DNA of 39,911 nt, taken from Candidatus Nanohaloarchaea archaeon (GTDB lineage Archaea; Nanohalarchaeota; Nanosalinia; Nanosalinales; Nanosalinaceae). The notes under the pieces were generated by a model, which was not told where the DNA came from, searched no databases, and saw only the letters and a program-made list of their open reading frames with translations. This document shows, in pieces, positions 18,249-28,042 of the stretch (its first letter is position 1; each line of letters opens with the position of its first letter). The position numbers were made by a program, and so were the translations under genes. Where the stretch lies: positions 1-39,911 of the forward strand of contig JBLGBN010000004.1 in the NCBI GenBank assembly GCA_047617745.1. The letters are read 5' to 3'.

Positions 18249-18350
18249 CGTATCATTGAATTTGAAATCCTGCATTTAAATTAGTAGTGAGGCGTAGAAT
18301 TCTGAGCTGAAACGTTCAACTTGAAATAAGTTCAACTTTCTATACCCTGT

Positions 18351-21122
18351 ATGAAACAGGACTTCGCCGACAAACTCAACCAGATCGAAGACAAATGGCA
18401 GGAAAGATGGGAAGAAGCAGATCTACATAAAGCGGAGAAGAATGAGGACAAAGAGAAATGTTATGTACTAGACATGTTTCCATACCCATCCGGAAGAATG
18501 CATATGGGTCACGGAAGAGCTTTCTCACTAGGCGATGCCTATGCCCGTTACAAGTCGATGCAGGGATTCAATGTAATGCATCCTATGGGTTGGGATGCCT
18601 TCGGTATGCCTGCGGAGAACGCAGCTATCGACCGAGATGTTGACCCTGGCGAATGGACGATGAACTGTATAAGCGACATGAAAGACCAGTTCAAGAGTCT
18701 GGGATTCTCACTTGACTGGGACAGAGAGGTAACCACTTGCAAGCCTGAATACTACAGATGGGATCAATGGATTTTCCTCCAGATGCTTGAAGAGGGGCTC
18801 GCCTACCGGGACGAGGCAGAGGTAAACTGGTGTCCTAGCTGTGAAACAGTTCTGGCAGATGAACAGGTTGAGAACGGTCTGTGTTGGAGATGTGATTCAG
18901 AAGTCAACCAGAACAAGAAGATGAAACAGTGGAAGCTTGCAATCACAGATTACGCGGACGAGCTGCTCGAAGATCTTGAACAGCTAGAAGGATGGCCTGA
19001 CAAAGTCCGGGAAATGCAGGACAACTGGATAGGCAAAAGCACCGGCGCAAACATCTACTTCCCTCTAAAGCAGGAAGGAGAACTTGAAGTATTCACCACT
19101 CGACCTGATACAGTCTTCGGAGCAACCTTCATGGCGCTAGCCCCAGAACACGAACTTGCAGAGGAGGTAGCCGAGAAAAACGAGGAAGTTGCAGAGTACA
19201 TTAAAGAAGCTAAAAAGAAGGACGACGAGGAAAGAGAACAGAAATCCAAGGCTGGAGTATTCACCGGAAGGTACGCAGAAAACCCTATAACCGGAGAAGA
19301 AATCCCAATCTACGTCGCAGAGTTCGTCCTCACCGATTACGGAACAGGTGCGATTATGGCGGTTCCGGCACATGATCAGCGCGACTTTGAGTTCGCACAG
19401 GAACACGATATAGAGATCCAGCAAGTCGTTGAACCTAAAGAAGAACACGACTTTAAAGAGGAGGCTTACGAAGGAGACGGGGAACACGTAAACTCCGAGT
19501 TCCTCAACGGTTTAGACAAAGATGATGCAATCGAAAAGATAATTGAAAAACTGGAGGCCAGAGATCTGGGTGAAGAGGAAACGCAGTACAAACTGAGAGA
19601 CTGGCTTATCTCCCGACAACGTTACTGGGGAACACCTATACCTGTAGTCTACTGCGAAAACTGCGGCACAGTGCCGATTCCCGAGGATAAACTACCTGTA
19701 GAGCTCCCAGAGGATGTCGAGTTCACCGGTAAAGGCAACCCGATCGAGACTTCGGGCCATTTCCAGGAGACCGAATGTCCGGAATGCGGAGAAACCGCAG
19801 AACGGGAGACAGATACCATGGATACGTTCATCAACTCCTCCTGGTACTTCCTCCGTTACTGTTCACCAGACTTTGAAGAGGCACCATTTGACACAGAGGA
19901 GGCAAACTACTGGATGAACGTAGACCAGTATGTCGGCGGCATTGAGCACGCAGTCATGCATCTTCTATATGCAAGATTCTTCCAGAAATTCCTCCGCGAC
20001 CAAGGAATGGTGGACCAGGACGAACCGTTTGAGAAACTACTGACACAGGGAATGGTCAACCATCCCGCCTACAACTGCCCGGAACACGGATGGATGTATC
20101 CCGAACAGATAAAGGATGAAAACATCTGCAGTAAATGCGGAAAAGAGGTAGAGGTCGAGACGATCAAGATGTCGAAATCAAAGAACAATGTTGTCCGGCC
20201 TTCCGAGCTTGTGGACGAGTATGGAGCCGATACAGCACGACTGTTCATACTTAGAGCAGCACACCCTTCAAAGGAGCTTGACTGGTCCAAAGATGGAGTG
20301 GAATCATCCCAGAAAATGCTCCACAGAATACAGAAGCTCGTGGATCAGAGAGAGAAAACAGACGAGGAACCAGACCTGGAAGGAGCCGAACTTGAGGACA
20401 GAATAGTATCAACCCGAATCCAGAGAACAGTAGAGAACGTAACAGATTACAACGAGAACTACGAGTTCAATCTAGCGGTCGGAGAAATCGACAAGCTATT
20501 AACCAAGCTTTACTGGTACCGACAGAGAAACCCGAATCCTTCAATAATGAACCACGGCATCAAAACCCTTGTCAAGCTTATCGCCCCGTTCTCACCCCAC
20601 ATAGCGGACGAGTTGTGGGAAAGAATAGGCGAGGAAGGATTCCTTTACAAAACTGAATGGCCTGAACTGGAAGAAAAACTTCTGGATACAGAGGCAGAAA
20701 AGATAGAGGAATACTACAACAGGGTTGCCGAGGACATTAGAGAAATCCAGAACATGCTCGACACCGAACCAGAAAATATCACAGTTATACAGGCAGCAGA
20801 ATGGAAATACGACGCTTTCCAGAAAATAGAGGATAACCTTGAAGCCGACAACATCGGAGAGGTAACAGGCAGAGTAGTCAACGCCGGATTCAAGGACCAC
20901 GCAGAACAGGTCAATCAAATGGTTAGAGACGCTTTCCAGAACCCGGGCAAGTTCAGAAACCAGATAATGGAGGAGGAAGACGAAAGTAAATCTCTCGAAT
21001 CCAATGTAGAAAGGTGGGAAGAAGAATTCAATGCAGAAATAAAGGTTCAATCCGAAGAGAAATCCGAAGAGGAAAAATCATCCAGAGCAGAACCCGGTAA
21101 ACCGGCGATCCTGATAGAGTAA
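18351..21122 (+). CDS. leuS: Leucine--tRNA ligase
   Basis: DMFPYPSG, HMGH, GWDAFG, FTTRPDT and GTGAIMAVPAHD editing motifs, WLISRQRYWG, KMSKS. Confidence 0.97.
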   Translation: MKQDFADKLNQIEDKWQERWEEADLHKAEKNEDKEKCYVLDMFPYPSGRMHMGHGRAFSLGDAYARYKSMQGFNVMHPMGWDAFGMPAENAAIDRDVDPGEWTMNCISDMKDQFKSLGFSLDWDREVTTCKPEYYRWDQWIFLQMLEEGLAYRDEAEVNWCPSCETVLADEQVENGLCWRCDSEVNQNKKMKQWKLAITDYADELLEDLEQLEGWPDKVREMQDNWIGKSTGANIYFPLKQEGELEVFTTRPDTVFGATFMALAPEHELAEEVAEKNEEVAEYIKEAKKKDDEEREQKSKAGVFTGRYAENPITGEEIPIYVAEFVLTDYGTGAIMAVPAHDQRDFEFAQEHDIEIQQVVEPKEEHDFKEEAYEGDGEHVNSEFLNGLDKDDAIEKIIEKLEARDLGEEETQYKLRDWLISRQRYWGTPIPVVYCENCGTVPIPEDKLPVELPEDVEFTGKGNPIETSGHFQETECPECGETAERETDTMDTFINSSWYFLRYCSPDFEEAPFDTEEANYWMNVDQYVGGIEHAVMHLLYARFFQKFLRDQGMVDQDEPFEKLLTQGMVNHPAYNCPEHGWMYPEQIKDENICSKCGKEVEVETIKMSKSKNNVVRPSELVDEYGADTARLFILRAAHPSKELDWSKDGVESSQKMLHRIQKLVDQREKTDEEPDLEGAELEDRIVSTRIQRTVENVTDYNENYEFNLAVGEIDKLLTKLYWYRQRNPNPSIMNHGIKTLVKLIAPFSPHIADELWERIGEEGFLYKTEWPELEEKLLDTEAEKIEEYYNRVAEDIREIQNMLDTEPENITVIQAAEWKYDAFQKIEDNLEADNIGEVTGRVVNAGFKDHAEQVNQMVRDAFQNPGKFRNQIMEEEDESKSLESNVERWEEEFNAEIKVQSEEKSEEEKSSRAEPGKPAILIE

Positions 21123-21157
21123 AAACCTCCACTAAAGTCTTTAAAAGGAAACTTAAA

Positions 21158-21913
21158 CTACTGCTCGGGCTCTGGCCGCTTGAACTTGACATGGGTCACG
21201 GAATCAAACCGGTGCTGAAGAGTTTCAGATTCGAAACCTTTATCTCCCAGAAATCTCTCTATCTCCTCCTTCTTATTTCCCGTACATTCAACGTAGAAAA
21301 CTTTGACCTGATCTAAAATATTTTCAAACCCTTCAATAACTTGCTTTTCGTGCCCCTCTACATCAATTTTAACGATATCAGGTGAGGGCCATTCTGCGTC
21401 TTCCACTTCTGTATCAGCCCTCAACATATCTGCATCGCTGCCCTCCACAACTCTGACGCGGCCGCTTAAAGTATTTCTTTCTGTAAAACTGCATTTTCCT
21501 TCTTCATTGGATAAAGCCGCGTTGACAACACGAACATTCTGAGCTAGGTTATTTATCTCCAGGTTTTTTTCAACCTCCTCCACCGCCAGCGGGTTAGGAT
21601 CGAACGCGATAGTTTTACCGGCTTTAAAAGCGCCTATACAGGTGTAGAAACCTATGTTTGAACCGACGTCGTAGAAAACGCTTTCCTCATCCAGTTCACC
21701 TAAAAGATCGTTGTAAACTTTGCCCTCGGTTCGATAGGCGAAAGCTGCCTCAAAGCCTGCCATAGGGCTGGGAGTCTCAAGTCGGAAATCCATGCATCTG
21801 AAATCAAACTCTCTATAACCTCTAAGTTCGCACCCTGGAACCTCAAGGACAGAAAGGACAAACCCTTTACTCAAAAGAGATCTGAAGCGAGACTTAACCG
21901 GCTCTGGGATCAT
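21158..21913 (-). CDS. FkbM family SAM-dependent methyltransferase
   Basis: FYDVGSNIG, AFDPNP, NAALS and VKIDVEG motifs. Confidence 0.88.
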   Translation of the reverse strand: MIPEPVKSRFRSLLSKGFVLSVLEVPGCELRGYREFDFRCMDFRLETPSPMAGFEAAFAYRTEGKVYNDLLGELDEESVFYDVGSNIGFYTCIGAFKAGKTIAFDPNPLAVEEVEKNLEINNLAQNVRVVNAALSNEEGKCSFTERNTLSGRVRVVEGSDADMLRADTEVEDAEWPSPDIVKIDVEGHEKQVIEGFENILDQVKVFYVECTGNKKEEIERFLGDKGFESETLQHRFDSVTHVKFKRPEPEQ

Positions 21914-21914
21914 A

Positions 21915-22178
21915 CTAGTACCTTTTCAGGCTTTCTTCCAGTCTCTGATCAAGGTGTTTATCTACATCGGCTTCTGTCTCGTTGAGAGCTTTTCTCTGTG
22001 CTGAGACAAGTTTCTCCAGTTTCTGGACGCGGTTCATCATATGGCTCATCGCAACCCAGATCTGGCCTACAGAAGCGTTCTGTGCGTTTAGATAAATATC
22101 TTCCTGGTGTTCTACATCATCTAGAAGTGATTCAAGTGATGCCTGAAGTTCGTCGGGAAGTTCCTCTACCCATTCCAT
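21915..22178 (-). CDS. Small helical/coiled-coil hypothetical protein
   Basis: 87-aa acidic ORF ending 1 nt before the FkbM start. Confidence 0.7.
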   Translation of the reverse strand: MEWVEELPDELQASLESLLDDVEHQEDIYLNAQNASVGQIWVAMSHMMNRVQKLEKLVSAQRKALNETEADVDKHLDQRLEESLKRY

Positions 22179-22264
22179 ACCGACTGTATAGTATCAAATT
22201 CTTTTAACCGTTGCGTGGCAATTCCGGAAGGAATTTTTTATCCATACAGATGTAAATTCTGGAT

Positions 22265-22663
22265 GTGAGAAAGAAAATCAACGCTGTTCTAACGCTTGCA
22301 GTTATATCGGTTATAGCGTTCTACAGCATGAAACCCGGGAGCGCGGTAGATCCTTCAACCGGAGGCATGTTCCCCATCCTCCACCTTCTGGCGTATTTTG
22401 GGCTGGCCGGTTCCTTTCTGCTCCACCTCCATAATAGAGAAAATGGCTACTTGCTCGCGGTTTTCTCAGCATTTGTCTTTGGTCTCTCCATGGAAGTAGC
22501 GCAGACACAGATACCGGGCCGTTTCTTCACATATAAGGATCTGATGATCAATCTTGTCGGCGCCTCAGTAACCCTAGTTGATACAAGAATCCGGTTCACG
22601 GAGAGCTTTATCCAGATGGAAGATAGACTAATTGAGCGATCCGGGAACTGGCAGAGTATTTAA
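22265..22663 (+). CDS. VanZ family membrane protein
   Basis: HLLAYFGL, EVAQTQIPGR and DLMINLVG motifs with several hydrophobic helices. Confidence 0.85.
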   Translation: MRKKINAVLTLAVISVIAFYSMKPGSAVDPSTGGMFPILHLLAYFGLAGSFLLHLHNRENGYLLAVFSAFVFGLSMEVAQTQIPGRFFTYKDLMINLVGASVTLVDTRIRFTESFIQMEDRLIERSGNWQSI

Positions 22664-22698
22664 CATTCAACCATCATTTTCTCAACGTGAATTAGACA

Positions 22699-23349
22699 AT
22701 GGAAAAAGGCGACATGGTACTTGTAGACTACATTGGAAAGTCGGACGGCGAAATCTTTGACCTCACAGTAGAGGAGAAAGCAAAAGAAGAGGGAATGGCA
22801 GAAGATAGAGACTTTAAGCCAATTCCTGTACTGATCGGAGAGAATTACGTAATCGAAGGATTTGAAGAAGCACTGCTCGACATGGAAGTAGGCGATGAGA
22901 AAGATGTCGAAATCCCATCTGAGAAAGCTTACGGCGAAAGAGACTCTGACGCAGTGGAGACATACCCTGAGAAAGAGTTCAAGAAACAGGATATCAAAGT
23001 TCGGGTCGGCGAAGAGCTAATGATTGGAAACCGGAGAGGAAAGGTAATATCGAAAGGATCCGGAAGAGTAAGAATCGACTTCAACCATCCTCTCGCAGGA
23101 AAAGACCTCGAATACAACATCAGAGTTAAGGAAAAAGTTGAAGACGACGAGGAGAAAGCGAAACACATCATGGACTACAGAATCGGTCACGGCTCCGAGG
23201 ATATGGAGTTCGAAGACGAAAAAGTCAAGGTTCCAGGCACACACTCCCACGGGGACCATGAACATCGACTTCCTGATGAAGCACGGGAGAAACTCGAAGA
23301 AGAAATCACAGAGTACACTGATTTTGAAGAAGTAGAGTTCACCGAGTAA
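22699..23349 (+). CDS. slyD: FKBP-type peptidyl-prolyl cis-trans isomerase (SlyD-like, archaeal long type)
   Basis: VDYIGK, IEGFEEAL, EKAYGE and IDFNHPLAGKDL motifs; His-rich HSHGDHEH segment. Confidence 0.92.
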   Translation: MEKGDMVLVDYIGKSDGEIFDLTVEEKAKEEGMAEDRDFKPIPVLIGENYVIEGFEEALLDMEVGDEKDVEIPSEKAYGERDSDAVETYPEKEFKKQDIKVRVGEELMIGNRRGKVISKGSGRVRIDFNHPLAGKDLEYNIRVKEKVEDDEEKAKHIMDYRIGHGSEDMEFEDEKVKVPGTHSHGDHEHRLPDEAREKLEEEITEYTDFEEVEFTE

Positions 23350-23361
23350 AAATCGCGAAAA

Positions 23362-23414
23362 GCTGGAGAACTCCAGCCAATTTTATATATTTTGATGATA
23401 ACCTCTTATACATA
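23362..23414 (+). promoter_or_regulatory. ftsZ upstream region: 7-bp inverted repeat followed by TATA-like boxes
   Basis: GCTGGAG-AA-CTCCAGC (23362-23377), TTTTATATAT (23381-23390), CTTATACATA (23405-23414). Confidence 0.45.
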
Positions 23415-23442
23415 ACAACAAAACAGCGAAGGGTTCTCTCAA

Positions 23443-24555
23443 ATGGAAGATAAGATTCAACAGGCGAAGCAGGATAACTCAGGCAGCGTGCCGCAGTCAA
23501 AACAGAAAAACCACGATATTGACGAAGAACTGGAAGAGTTGATCGAAAAAAGGAAAGCAGACATCAAGGTTATCGGATCTGGAGGCGCAGGAAACAATAC
23601 TATCTCCAGACTTGTCGAAGTCGGTATCGAAGGATGCGAAACCATCGCAATGAACACCGACGCGCAAGACCTTCTCTACGCTAACGCAGACAAGAAAGTA
23701 CTGATTGGTAAAGAACTTACAGGCGGACTCGGAGCCGGAGCAGACCCTAAAGTAGGAGAAGAATCTGCAAAGGAGTCACAGCAGAAAGTCAAAGAATGTG
23801 TAAAAGGCGCAGACATGGTATTTGTCACATGCGGCCTCGGAGGAGGAACAGGGACCGGATCCGCACCTGTAATCGCCCAGCAAGCCAAAAAAGAAGGCGC
23901 GCTGACAGTAGGAATCGTAACACTTCCATTCGAGATGGAAGGACAGAGCAGAAGAGAGAACGCAGAGTACGGCCTCGAAATGCTTGAAGACACTGTAGAC
24001 ACACTAATTGTAATTCCAAACGACAAGCTTCTCGAAATTGTTCCAGACGTATCCCTCAACACCGCTTTCAAGATCGCAGACGAAATCCTCGTAAACGCAG
24101 TCAAAGGTGTAACAGAACTAGTTACAAAGCCTGGACTGGTCAACCTCGACTTCGCAGATATACGCGCTGTGATGGGAGAAGGAGGAATCGCCATGATTGG
24201 AATGGGTCAATCCGATACAGACTCAAGAGCGAAGGAAGCCGTCCAGAAAGCGCTCTCCAACCCACTACTTGATGTAGATATCGAAGGAGGTAAAGGCGCA
24301 CTTGTAAACGTAACAGGAGGAACCTCGCTCTCACTTAACGAAGCACAGGAAGTCGTCAACACAGTATCTGACAAACTTGACGACTCCGCAAAGGTAATCT
24401 GGGGAGCACAGGTCAGAGAAGACATGGACAACACACTCCAGTCAATGATCATCGTCACAGGGGTTGATTCACCTCAGATCTACGGACCTGAGAAAACTCA
24501 CAGCGATGAGTACGAGGAAGAGATCGAGCAGGAACTCGGAGTAGAGTTCATCTAA
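23443..24555 (+). CDS. ftsZ: Cell division protein FtsZ
   Basis: [20 protein letters not shown] tubulin signature and NLDFAD T7 loop; sits in the archaeal ftsZ-secE-spt5-rpl11 neighbourhood. Confidence 0.97.
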   Translation: MEDKIQQAKQDNSGSVPQSKQKNHDIDEELEELIEKRKADIKVIGSGGAGNNTISRLVEVGIEGCETIAMNTDAQDLLYANADKKVLIGKELTGGLGAGADPKVGEESAKESQQKVKECVKGADMVFVTCGLGGGTGTGSAPVIAQQAKKEGALTVGIVTLPFEMEGQSRRENAEYGLEMLEDTVDTLIVIPNDKLLEIVPDVSLNTAFKIADEILVNAVKGVTELVTKPGLVNLDFADIRAVMGEGGIAMIGMGQSDTDSRAKEAVQKALSNPLLDVDIEGGKGALVNVTGGTSLSLNEAQEVVNTVSDKLDDSAKVIWGAQVREDMDNTLQSMIIVTGVDSPQIYGPEKTHSDEYEEEIEQELGVEFI

Positions 24556-24559
24556 AAAC

Positions 24560-24597
24560 CTCTTTACATTTCCTACTTCCTTTCATTTTCCTTCTAT
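24560..24597 (+). terminator. Pyrimidine/T-rich terminator-like tract after ftsZ
   Basis: ctctttacatttcctacttcctttcattttccttct immediately after the stop codon. Confidence 0.45.
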
Positions 24598-24641
24598 AGA
24601 AAAGACTTGATTTTATTAAAAACCGATTAGAGTGAACTATT

Positions 24642-24902
24642 ATGGTACTAGAAAATCTGGTCGGATTACTCGGATTTGGAGCTTTCAGCGCTTTCTTCCT
24701 GAGCTCCATGCTTCTTGGCCTCATAGAGATAGTCGGAAAGGTATACGGCACATTCAGATGTTTAATACGTGAAGATCTCACATCCGAGCAGAGGATAATA
24801 TACCTACTGTTAATCTGGTTCATACCTCTTGGATGGCTGGTTTACTTCCTGCTGGGCACTGAGAGAACCCAGAGATTATTTGCAGACATCGATGTACTGT
24901 AA
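24642..24902 (+). CDS. Small membrane protein (PLDc N-terminal-like two-helix domain)
   Basis: Hydrophobic helices with LLLIWFIPLGWLVYFLLG pattern. Confidence 0.7.
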   Translation: MVLENLVGLLGFGAFSAFFLSSMLLGLIEIVGKVYGTFRCLIREDLTSEQRIIYLLLIWFIPLGWLVYFLLGTERTQRLFADIDVL

Positions 24903-24912
24903 AAGGAACTCC

Positions 24913-25033
24913 TTATAAAAATTGTTCCACTGATTCTACTTAACCCGTCGGGACCACCGCTTGGTGGGAGGGAGTTAGTCGAAGCTCTAACGCTTTATTC
25001 TCCCTAACTGACGGTCTCACAGGTGAAAAAATT
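24913..25033 (+). promoter_or_regulatory. TATA box plus structured 5' leader of the secE-spt5-rpl11-rpl1-rplP0 unit
   Basis: TTATAAAA 24913-24920; stems CCGTCGG/CTGACGG, CCACC/GGTGG and AGGGAG/CTCCCT; SD AGGTGA 25021-25026. Confidence 0.55.
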
Positions 25034-25234
25034 ATGGAGCTAAAGCCTCGCAAATGGAAGAACAGTGCCAAATCAAAGTTCAATGAGTACAAACGTGTGC
25101 TCAAGATTGCAACCAAACCAGACAGAGAAGAGTTTGAGATGGCGGCAAAAGTTACAGGAGCAGGAATGCTGATAATCGGCTTAATGGGCTTCATAATGTA
25201 CCTGATCGCTAACCTACTACCACAGTACATCTGA
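25034..25234 (+). CDS. secE: Protein translocase subunit SecE (Sec61 gamma)
   Basis: EYKRVLKIATKPDREEF and C-terminal TM GMLIIGLMGFIMY; synteny. Confidence 0.95.
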   Translation: MELKPRKWKNSAKSKFNEYKRVLKIATKPDREEFEMAAKVTGAGMLIIGLMGFIMYLIANLLPQYI

Positions 25235-25246
25235 GGTCAAAACAAG

Positions 25247-25684
25247 ATGATACTTACCGGAAAGACAACACGAGGACGAGAGAAAAACGCCATAGAAGCA
25301 ATCAGAAGCAAGGTTAAAGCTGAAAACCTTGACATAAAAGCAGTTTTCCACCCACAGGACCTGAAAGGGTACATATTCATTGAAGGTAAGGAAGCAGATA
25401 TCAAGGATCTTGCAGACGAGATTAGAAACCTCAGAGGCATCATAGAAGACGAAGTAGAGATCTCACAGATTGAGAAATACCTTGATGAGGAAGAAGAGGA
25501 CATCAAACTCGAAGAAGGAGATGTCGTAGAAGTAGTAGGCGGCGCGTTCAAAGGCGAAGAAGCGAAGATCAAGAGAGTCGATGAAACGAACAGAGAAGTA
25601 ACAATCGAGCTTATCGACGCAGCAGTACCAATCCCAACAACAGTAGACATCGATACAGTCAGGAAAAAAGCATCAAGGGACTAA
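25247..25684 (+). CDS. spt5: Transcription elongation factor Spt5 (NusG)
   Basis: KGYIFIE NGN motif and KOW motif GDVVEVVGGAFKGE. Confidence 0.95.
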   Translation: MILTGKTTRGREKNAIEAIRSKVKAENLDIKAVFHPQDLKGYIFIEGKEADIKDLADEIRNLRGIIEDEVEISQIEKYLDEEEEDIKLEEGDVVEVVGGAFKGEEAKIKRVDETNREVTIELIDAAVPIPTTVDIDTVRKKASRD

Positions 25685-25731
25685 AACAAACAAATTATAA
25701 CTCAAGACGATACTAAGGTGACAAATTAACA

Positions 25732-26229
25732 ATGGGAGACAAGACCACTATAAACACATTGGTGGAAGGAGGCTCAGCCTCCGCAGGACCTCCTCTAGGA
25801 CCGGAACTAGGGCCTTTGCCCACGGACGTAGGGGACGTCGTGTCAGAAATCAACGAGAAAACCAAGGACTTTGAAGGCATGGAAGTACCAGTCGACGTGA
25901 TAGTCGACGAGGAAACCGGCGACTTCGAAATAGAAGTCGGAAAACCTCCAGCAGCCCAGCTAATCTTTGACGAACTGGGAATCAGCGGAGGATCAGGAGA
26001 ACCAAACCGCGACAAAGTAGCGGATATGGAATTCGAGACCGCCTGTAAGATCGCACGGATGAAAGCATCCGACCTTCTCGCGATGGATCTAAGAGGAGCA
26101 GTCAAGGAGATCATTGGCTCAGCTGACTCAGCCGGAATCACGATTGATGGGAAAGATGCCAGACAGGTCCAGCAGGAAATCAGTGAAGGAAAATACGACG
26201 ATCGGCTTGAAGCCGAGGAAGGAATCTAG
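25732..26229 (+). CDS. rpl11: 50S ribosomal protein uL11
   Basis: GGSASAGPPLGPELGP and PPAAQLI motifs. Confidence 0.96.
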   Translation: MGDKTTINTLVEGGSASAGPPLGPELGPLPTDVGDVVSEINEKTKDFEGMEVPVDVIVDEETGDFEIEVGKPPAAQLIFDELGISGGSGEPNRDKVADMEFETACKIARMKASDLLAMDLRGAVKEIIGSADSAGITIDGKDARQVQQEISEGKYDDRLEAEEGI

Positions 26230-26242
26230 AGGTGAATAAGAA

Positions 26243-26866
26243 ATGAACTTTGAACAGGCAGTTGAAGAAGCAGTCGAAAACTCTGAAGATCGAAACTTTA
26301 CAGAATCAATCGATCTGATCATCAACTTCAGAGATCTAGATCTTTCAGACCCTGAAAATCGTTTCAACGAAGACTTCAAGCTTCCATACCAGGCAGACGA
26401 AGAGGTCAAGATCGCAGTAATTGGAGATACAATCACAGAGAACGCAGACAACGCAGACAGAACGATCAGCGGAGACGAACTCGAGGAAATGTTTGATAAT
26501 CCAAGCGAGGCGAAGGATCTCGCGGAAGAGTTCTCATTCCTGATTGCAGAAGCACCTCTGATGCCTAAGATCGGACAGCAGTTAGGACAGGTATTCGGAC
26601 CACGGAACATGATGCCGGATCCAATGCCTCCAGGCTCTGATCCGACAGATAAGATCGAAGATCTGAAGAACACGGTAACACTTCGACTCAAAGAAGAACC
26701 TCTTCTACAGATCAAAGTTGGCAAAGAGGATTACGATCTGGATAAAGTTGTCAGAAACGCATCCTCGGTTTACGAGTTTGTGGAAGGACAGCTTCCAAAA
26801 GGAGATAACAACATAAAATCAGTGCTCATCAAGACAACGATGGGCTCACCAGAGGAGGTGAATTAA
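26243..26866 (+). CDS. rpl1: 50S ribosomal protein uL1
   Basis: RNFTESIDL, LGQVFGPRNMMP and KTTMG motifs; GAGGTGA SD. Confidence 0.96.
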   Translation: MNFEQAVEEAVENSEDRNFTESIDLIINFRDLDLSDPENRFNEDFKLPYQADEEVKIAVIGDTITENADNADRTISGDELEEMFDNPSEAKDLAEEFSFLIAEAPLMPKIGQQLGQVFGPRNMMPDPMPPGSDPTDKIEDLKNTVTLRLKEEPLLQIKVGKEDYDLDKVVRNASSVYEFVEGQLPKGDNNIKSVLIKTTMGSPEEVN

Positions 26867-26867
26867 A

Positions 26868-28031
26868 ATGGTGCAGCCAACACCGAAGCAGCTTACACGG
26901 GAACAGAAAGAGGAGATAGTAGAGCACCTTGAAGAGCAGATCGACGAATACCCTGTAGTCGGTATTCTAGATATGCACAATCTTCCATCCAAGCAGCTCC
27001 AGCAGATCAAGAAGGAGATGAAGGAGTTCGCAAACATCCGGATGGAGAGAAAGACCCTCATGAAGCTGGCGATCGAGAACTCCGACAAGGAAGGAGTTGA
27101 ACAACTTGAGGAAAACACGGCAACACAGCCGGCTTTCATCTTCTCAAACAAGGATCCGTTCCAGCTTTACTCCCTGATCCAGCAGAACAAATCAAGCGCT
27201 GCAGCACAGGGAGGAGAAGAAGCACCGAACGACATCGAAATCCCTGAAGGAGATACAGGGATCGGTCCAGGACCTATGCTTGGAAAGCTGCAGGGTGCAG
27301 GACTACAGGTACAGGTACAGGATGGTTCAATCCATGTCCAGCAGCCTGGCGTGATCGTCGAGAAAGGAGAGACAATAACCGACGACGATGCAGAAATCCT
27401 GAACCAGGTCGGGATCGAACCTCTAGAAATCGGCTTAGATCTCGACATTGCATTCAGCGAAGGAGAGATCTTCACAGCAGAAGAACTCGACATTGATGTC
27501 GACGAATACAGAGCAGATGTCGAAGCTGCAGCAACAGGCGCATTCAACCTTGCAGTCAACGCAGGAGTTGTCAACGAGACAACAGCATCAGCAATCATCT
27601 CACAGGCGTCCCAGAAGGCAGAAAACCTCGCGGTAAGCGAAGGACTGCCGGAAGAGGAGACAATCGAGAAATCAATCTCCTACGCAAAGAGCAACGCGGA
27701 AGGAGTCGACTCCCAGGTCGACCTTGAATCAGTAGAGATCGAAGAAGAAACCGAAGAAGAGGAATCAGAAGAATCTGAAGAGGAGCCTGAAGACGAAGAA
27801 ACAGAGGAAGAATCCGAGGAACAGGCTGAAGAACAGGAACCACAGGACGAAGAAGAAACAGAAGGGTCCGAGGAAGTCGACTACGACGAAATCGTTGACC
27901 AGTCTATCGACGACGCAAAAGAATCAATCGGGGAACTAGAAGATCCTGACTTCGAGGCACTGATCGAAGCCGAAGAAGACAACAAGGACAGGAAAACGTT
28001 CCTTGACTGGCTTGAAGGCCAGACAGAGTAA
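26868..28031 (+). CDS. rplP0: 50S ribosomal protein uL10 (P0) with acidic linker and atypical C-terminal domain
   Basis: LQQIKK, GDTGIGPGP and IEPLEIGL archaeal P0 motifs; 387 aa. Confidence 0.94.
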   Translation: MVQPTPKQLTREQKEEIVEHLEEQIDEYPVVGILDMHNLPSKQLQQIKKEMKEFANIRMERKTLMKLAIENSDKEGVEQLEENTATQPAFIFSNKDPFQLYSLIQQNKSSAAAQGGEEAPNDIEIPEGDTGIGPGPMLGKLQGAGLQVQVQDGSIHVQQPGVIVEKGETITDDDAEILNQVGIEPLEIGLDLDIAFSEGEIFTAEELDIDVDEYRADVEAAATGAFNLAVNAGVVNETTASAIISQASQKAENLAVSEGLPEEETIEKSISYAKSNAEGVDSQVDLESVEIEEETEEEESEESEEEPEDEETEEESEEQAEEQEPQDEEETEGSEEVDYDEIVDQSIDDAKESIGELEDPDFEALIEAEEDNKDRKTFLDWLEGQTE

Positions 28032-28042
28032 AAACTTCAAAA

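Noticed and set aside
24945..25014. tRNA-sized element with a 7-bp closing stem
   Set aside because: No GTTCRA T-loop and no 5-bp stem with a 7-nt anticodon loop; kept as a leader candidate instead
27730..27875. GAA-rich tandem-like repeats (also 30560-30645)
   Set aside because: Low-complexity Glu-rich linkers of the stalk proteins, not independent DNA repeats
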